From Hyphochytrium catenoides (lineage: Eukaryota; Protista; Hyphochytriomycota), in contig FLMG01000016.1 of assembly GCA_900088475.1 (NCBI GenBank), positions 1 to 64,000 on the forward strand: 64,000 nucleotides of DNA. The letters are read 5' to 3'. Under the pieces are notes generated by a model. That model worked only from the letters and a program-made list of their open reading frames with translations, was not told the origin of the DNA and did not search any database. Made by a program: the position numbers and the translations under genes. Below are positions 58,863 to 64,000 of the stretch, in pieces; position 1 is the first letter of the stretch; every line of letters starts with the position of its first letter.

Positions 58863-61800
58863 TCATTCCTCGTCAGAGTCTTTGTAAGACTGCTTGGACC
58901 GTAGAGACTTCCTGCTTCTTCGTCTTGACGTGGAAGAAGTTCTTTCACGGATAGCGCTGAGATTAACGGCGCCCCCTTCATTGATAGCCAGTCTTGCAAG
59001 CTTCAGAAGAGAGCTTAAGGTACGCTCGTCCTTAAAGAGGTTGAACGATGCCATGAGTGGCACAGCATAGGTTGGAGGGTTAGTTTCTTTTGATACTGGC
59101 TTTTCGGAGGCCTACAACAAGAGTTCGGAAGGAAATATGCTCAGGATCTTTTCGTCTTCGCAGATAGCGCTGCTCGGGCAGCGCTACTTGCTTAAAGAGT
59201 CACAATGTGACAAGAAGTTTAGCCCAGCACAGCTTGGAAGCCACATACCTTTGTAGCATCCATTGGCGAGAATGCCTGAATTCTATTCTCATGCAGTTGA
59301 TACACTCGCTTAAGGTAGTCTCGTACAGACGCTAAGAGGACGAGAGAGTAGGCGCCCGCTATGAGTGACTCTGCAGTCTCGGAAGATTCCTTCGCATCTC
59401 TACCCTCTGCCTCAAGGTGTTCTGGAAACTCGTCTTCGTCGCTGCCAACATCCATCAGGTCACGAAAGCGCCTCCCAGCGCTTTCAAGAATCGACCTAAG
59501 TAGCAGGTTAGCCGTAACCGTAGCCCCGCAAACAGCTCATTTGCGCTTACCGTCCTTTTAAAGAGGTAAGTCGGTTGATCGAGAAGATGAGATAGAGGGG
59601 TTCCTCTTGCACATCATAGGGAAGGGTCGCCAAAATGCTGGCGATATAGCTGAGAAACTCCAACTCTAGCACCACTGCATCTTGGTGCATGAAGAGCGCA
59701 TGCTTGGGCTCCGCTGCCATCAGGAAGTCCTCGAACCCGCTCAACAACTTTTTGAAAAATGAGTGTCTACTTGATCGTTGATTCCTGACGCAAAGGCCAT
59801 AGAGGCGGCCCATGAAGCTGTATTCCTCCTGGTCCGCATGATCTGCCATCTTCACTTTCCTGCAAGAGAATGGCTTCAGTCCACCAGAAATACTCGCTCA
59901 TACCCAGTCACGTACCAAGCTCCAAACACATCTCTCTGAAAAGTGAATGACAGCCTAATGCCCTCAAAAATAGGCTAGAGGAAGCTGCGGTCAGAGGCAA
60001 TTAATGGCCAGGGTATATCTGTCGTCTTACCTGGAAGATCATGGAGGGATATTTCTCAGCCTGCTTCACTAGCGCTCTATGAGCTACTTCTCGATTCGAG
60101 GGAAGTCTGTCGGTAGCTACTGCAACTAGGTAAGGTATACAGGCCATGGGGCTGACTAAGCCTTGCCTCAAAATAGTTGCAATAAGCTCCGCAGCCTCTT
60201 TTCTCACTGTCCCATCCCCGGACAAAAGGAAGGATAGAAACGTAGGTAGGTGGATCTGGAGGACGCCTCCGATGACACTGGCGTCGGCATCCTGATCTCC
60301 TTTCACTTGTTCTGACTTCTGCTTTCTGCATAACAGTCAGTTTAGCCTCATCGACTCTTGGTACAAAGTAGTTGACAATCCTACCTCGCCCTTAGCTCTT
60401 CCTTTGCGGTTCCACTGCTTATGCGCTCTTCCTCGCACTTCAGGATGTCTACCAGACTGGCGCCGGCTAGTTAGATCTAGTGGGCATGCATAACAAAATA
60501 TAATCCTACCTGATAAGAACCTGCTTCTGCACCTCCTTCCCCTTCTCTGCGAGTAATTCGGCAATAACTCCAGTTTGTTCAGCTTCTAGCAGAAATTTTG
60601 GGCTACGGGAGAAGAGAAAGCCCAAGCCTTGCACACCCTTAATAATGACAGGAGCACTGTATTTCCTCCTAACGTAACCAATTAGGAGCTCATAAAGTGT
60701 CTTGGTTATCTGAGGCCATAGGTGCATTAGTAAATCCTGGGCAACCGGCACTGAAGGCTAAACTTACCTCTCCCCGCACCAATGGGTAGGAGGAAGTGTC
60801 TCCTGCCTCCGATGATTGGGACATAGATTCCTCATCAGAAAATGCTTCATCCAGATCGAGATACTTTGACATCAGCCCAACGACGAAAATGGCTCGCTGG
60901 AGATTAGCCAAAACCTTTCCTGATTGGCCTGCAGGCATTCGAGAGAGATCCTCAAGCGTCGAGTACTTCACTAGGTACGCATGGAACTGTTTCAGAATGG
61001 CGAACCAAGCACTGTTTGACATGGATGGGCAACGCTGCCGATAGGAGCTATGTGTGACTAGAGAAGCTAAGCACTCCACGCATGGCTCCACCACACTTGG
61101 CGGACATCTGTAAAGGGTTGATTGAGCTTTAGGGAGGCACGCTGCAGGTCGAGGTTGGATGTCTTACCTGTAAATCAAATTCTTGAGATCCTTCTCCAAA
61201 CACTCAATAACACGAACTTCAAGCCTCTCCTGCAGTGGTATCAAACGCTTCAACATTGAGGCAGTCGTTCTAGGATGTTCAGTTCTAAGACGAATGATTG
61301 GCATGGATAACATGGTGGGCGGGTCTACCTGAAAACCATTTGCTGCTCATTATGGGGCAGGTGAGCGCTCTCTTTTAGGTATATCATAAGGGTGTTGAAG
61401 TGAGGCAAAAGGATTCTTGCATTTGCGCGACAGAATACTTCGAGTGACTCAAGAATGTCCTTAACCTCATATTTCCCTTGCTGGTCGGCTGAAGAACGTT
61501 GAGTCTCTTCCAAGGTGAGAAGCTCCTTCACCAAGCTATTGGTGGCAGTTAGCTACTTTAGAGAAGAGACGGTCCCAAGCGTTAACTACGTACCCTGAGA
61601 CGACATTAACGCAACCTTCCCGAATGACCTGTCGCTCCTTCAGCCGCTCCTTTTTCTGCCGCACGCCATCCTTTTGCTGATGGTCCTGAAGTAATCTCTC
61701 TAGAAGACCCAACAGCCAGCCAGCAGAGCCAACTCTGGACACCACTTCTACAATAGTCTTTGCCACATCGTAACCGCGGTCGTTAAGCTTTGATGGCTGC

Positions 61801-64000
61801 ATTGAAGCTAGCGAGGGTTTGACTTCAGAGACTGCGGGAGTGCTATTAAAGTATGGAGTCTGAGGAACGCTAGGAGTTTCAGGGTACTCTCCGGGCGTCT
61901 GATCACCAACACCTTCCCTCTGACTCTTTGAACTCATAGGTGTTTGATGCGGAGTCGTCAACCCGCGACTCGGGGTTTGATAGCTCGCGGTGCCATCCTT
62001 AGCCAGAAAAGTACTTTCCTCAGAGCCGAACCAAAGTTCCTGTGGATGGGGGAGTTTAGAGCTTAGGCATAACATCGAGAAGGTTGTCTCTAGCGCCCAC
62101 CTGGAATGTTTCTTCCACAAGCTCCTTTACGGATTCTTCTTCTGCTATCGCATTCAACCTAGCAACGAGACGAATAGATATGTCCGTTCTCCTGCTTGAC
62201 TCTGGCTGGGTTTGAAGGATCCGTCTGGCCAGCTTTATCACTGCCTTTCGCACGCTAACTCCTTTGTCCAAGAGTCGATCAAAAATGAGGTCATAATAGC
62301 TATCCAGCTAGGGCATTAAAGAATGTCAGGCTTATCTCTNNNNNNNNNNNNNNNNNNNNNNNNNNNNNNNNGGCAATATGGCTGTCCTACCAGTTCAGCC
62401 TGGCCGATTAGGTACTTCCCAACAAGATCCACCGCCGCTTGTCGGACAGAAATAGCCTCATCTTGGAAGCAGACCTTCACAGCTCTCCGCACAGTGTCGT
62501 TTCCCATGAGCAATGGATCCACGACGATAATGGAGTCTAACGCCTTCAAAACTCTGGCCCTGTACGTCGGTTGACTCTCTCCCAGCAACTGCATGAGATG
62601 TCCTGATTGAGAATGGTCATGTTAGACAAGTATATCAACCTTAATCCTGATCGACCGTACCTAACATTGTCTCGAAACCCCCACAGAGGTCGCCGGAAGT
62701 CAGTTCGAAGCGGTAAAGGGTACATAATGAATGGTAGCTGCAAAAGCGGAGCTAGGTTTAGTCTAGTTCTAGTCCAACTGTTTGGGTAGGGAGAATTCCA
62801 CAGACTTTACCTTAGAACGATGCCACTCTCGTGTCCCAGTGTGGCTCGAGGCACAAAACACCCAGGCAGACTGACAGCAGAGCCTAATATTTGAATCCAG
62901 GTCGGAAGGGTCCGCGAGTCCTCGTCAATCGTCCGCTTCAGCCACATTGTCATGAGGTAAAGCTGAGCATCTCTCTCAGTAGAAGTTCGCTTGCTCAGCG
63001 TTTCTAGCAAATGCTGCCTTCGGGCCATGACCGCCAGCGTCTCCTATTAATGAAGGAGATTCCCGTGGAGATACGGAAGAAGTTCAGTTCATGGGTGTTT
63101 TTGGCGTTACAGTTAACGAGTCAGTTTTGGCTACCTCATCAGCTTCTGTCACGATTTCTTTAGTTGCTTTCTTTAACTGAGAGCATTGGAGCTTTAAACT
63201 CTGTAATAGGTGATATTAGATGTTAGGACAAATCAAATGAAGTTCGTAAATGTCACCTCTTGCTGTTCATCAAGTCGCTGCTGCAGGTCTGACTCTTCGC
63301 CGATGCCGTGACATCGCACATCACAGGTTAGTTCCCTGACACTAAGAGCCAAACGGTCAGATACAGCTTAATTGTTATATAGAGGCAGATGGCCTCGTAC
63401 CTTGCGCAGATTCGACCTATAATGTCAAGAGCCATAAGTCCAAACGAGGACTCAACGATTCTCTCGGAGGTTTTTTGGTTCTTCTTTGTCGATAGAGTGG
63501 CCACGAGGGCACGACTTAGGACGACTAGGATGGATTCAGCAACTGGCCATTCAGGGTATCTCATGGCCTGTCTACATGTGAGCTATCGTCTTCGAAGTAG
63601 AGTGACTTCCGATAACATATGACCGACCTGGAGCAGATCCTCCACAAGTTGCGCCAGTGAAGCGCGATACGGTCCGCCTTCCTCCTTCTTGCTGCATCGC
63701 GCCAGTAATCCTTGAATGAATGTTTGGACCGTTGCCAATGCTTCGTTCTTACAACCTTCCACTGCCTCAACTAAAGCAGTTGGCCCTTCGACATTCTCCT
63801 CCCCTCTCCCTTGCCAGTGCTTAAGGGCATCAACGACTCCGATAGAACTCTGCATTAGCTGTAGGATGGCACCGGTCACCTATCAAGTAAATCAAAGGTT
63901 AAGAGAGCTCTGGAGAATGTACAAGCCAGGTTCTGTATCTACCATTTGAAGCTTCACAGAAGAGTCTCGTAGCTTGAAAGACTTCAAGCCCTTCTTGGAG
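58863..64000 (-). CDS. NIPBL: Cohesin loader SCC2/Nipped-B-like, 3' portion (gene runs off the window end)
   Basis: YPEWPVAESIL, PTYRARVLKALDSIIVVDPLLM...DEAISVRQAAVDLVGKY, DKGVSVRKAVIK, LRQGLVSPMACIPYLVAVATD, LATLPYDVQEEPLYLI and YLKRVYQL. Stop at 58863. Confidence 0.93.
62340..62371. other. Assembly gap (N run), apparently intronic in SCC2
   Basis: Run of n characters. Confidence 1.

Overview
Eukaryotic, intron-rich protist DNA with short GT-AG introns and GA/TC microsatellites; no rRNA, tRNA, CRISPR or intact mobile element was recognised. The VAP sequence and the gene set look stramenopile-like, which is my inference and not a search result. About 15 protein-coding genes: a GPI-anchored GH18 chitinase, two divergent coiled-coil genes, a secreted heme-thiolate peroxygenase-lipoxygenase fusion, a TLC-domain/FAD-oxidoreductase fusion, an ACAD10/11-type kinase-acyl-CoA dehydrogenase, two paralogous 7TM proteins flanking mannose-6-phosphate isomerase, an organelle-targeted UvrD-like pseudo-helicase fused to an Fe-S PD-(D/E)xK nuclease, VAP, a plasmepsin V-like aspartic protease with a mucin stalk, a small hypothetical gene, a CBM20-branching enzyme, and the 3' part of SCC2/Nipped-B. 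The best novelty candidates are (1) the peroxygenase-lipoxygenase fusion and the three-gene lipid-oxidation neighbourhood at 11-28 kb, and (2) the AddB/AdnA-like pseudo-helicase-nuclease. Multi-exon gene boundaries were assembled by eye and are approximate where stated.
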